From Selaginella moellendorffii (taxonomy: Eukaryota; Plantae; Lycopodiophyta), in contig NW_003314365.1 in NCBI RefSeq assembly GCF_000143415.4, forward strand, positions 201,902 through 265,901: 64,000 bases of DNA. Direction: 5' to 3'. The notes beneath the pieces were generated by a model. That model was not told where the DNA came from and did not search any database. It worked only from the letters and a program-made list of their open reading frames with translations. Below, in pieces: positions 63,596 through 64,000 of the stretch (its first letter is position 1; every line of letters begins with the position of its first letter). Both the position numbers and the translations under genes were made by a program.

Positions 63596-64000
63596 TGTGA
63601 GACACAAAATCCCTAGGCCCCAAAGTGGAGCCGGAAGGGCGCCACGTGGTAGTGGCCGAAGTGAAAGCCAAACGAGCGTAACACGTTTGGATTAAAAAGC
63701 TCCAACTTGATAGGTCGAGAGCGGGAGTGGAACTCCCAACAAAGTGCTCGAGGAACAAGCATGAAGCGAGCAATAAGCGAGGCTCCAAAAAGGGACCCAA
63801 AAGGACCAACACATGACATGTGGAAGTGTCCGAGATGGAGTCCGAGATGGACCCGAGTTGGAGTCTGAGGTGGAGTCTGAGATGGAGTCCGAGGTGGAGT
63901 CCGAGATAGAGTCCGAGATGGAGTCCAAGATAGACCGAGACAGAGTCCGAGATGGAGTCTGAGATGGACCCGAGTTGGAGTCTGAGATGGAGTCCAAGAT
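63596..64000 (+). mobile_element. Family A LTR (partial, runs off the window) inserted at the hAT BED-finger region
   Basis: Starts TGTGAGACACAAAATCCCTAGG, identical to the other family A LTR starts. Left flank CTCAC. Confidence 0.9.

Overview
Eukaryotic land-plant genomic DNA, most consistent with a lycophyte such as Selaginella. This is inferred from ~50-60 nt introns, extreme gene density, a flagellar CCDC96-type gene and a Selaginella-style PPR gene. (1) About 0.4-12 kb is a nest of LTR retroelements that resolves by target-site duplications (TSDs) into five layers. The innermost layer is a 194-bp solo LTR carrying a 5S rRNA internal-promoter fragment (Cassandra-like TRIM). (2) About 12.7-19.5 kb holds F-box-like fragments, an orphan multi-exon gene and an AT-rich island. 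(3) About 19.6-51.7 kb is a very tightly packed run of conserved genes: DHH phosphoesterase, ERF084-like, CCDC96-like, MYB-related, PLS-PPR, SAC/FIG4, SWP73, GDSL, DUF89, FAP1, ABCG7, PP2A-B55, TPR/thioredoxin-like ferredoxin, PAC and RAD21. Several same-strand gaps are only 68-113 bp. (4) About 52-64 kb holds a PPR relic, a repeat-rich frameshifted orphan gene and a hAT transposase pseudogene hit twice by the same LTR family seen at the window start. Coordinates were counted by eye and may be off by a few bases. Multi-exon genes are given as start-to-stop spans, and family calls come from recalled motifs, not database searches.
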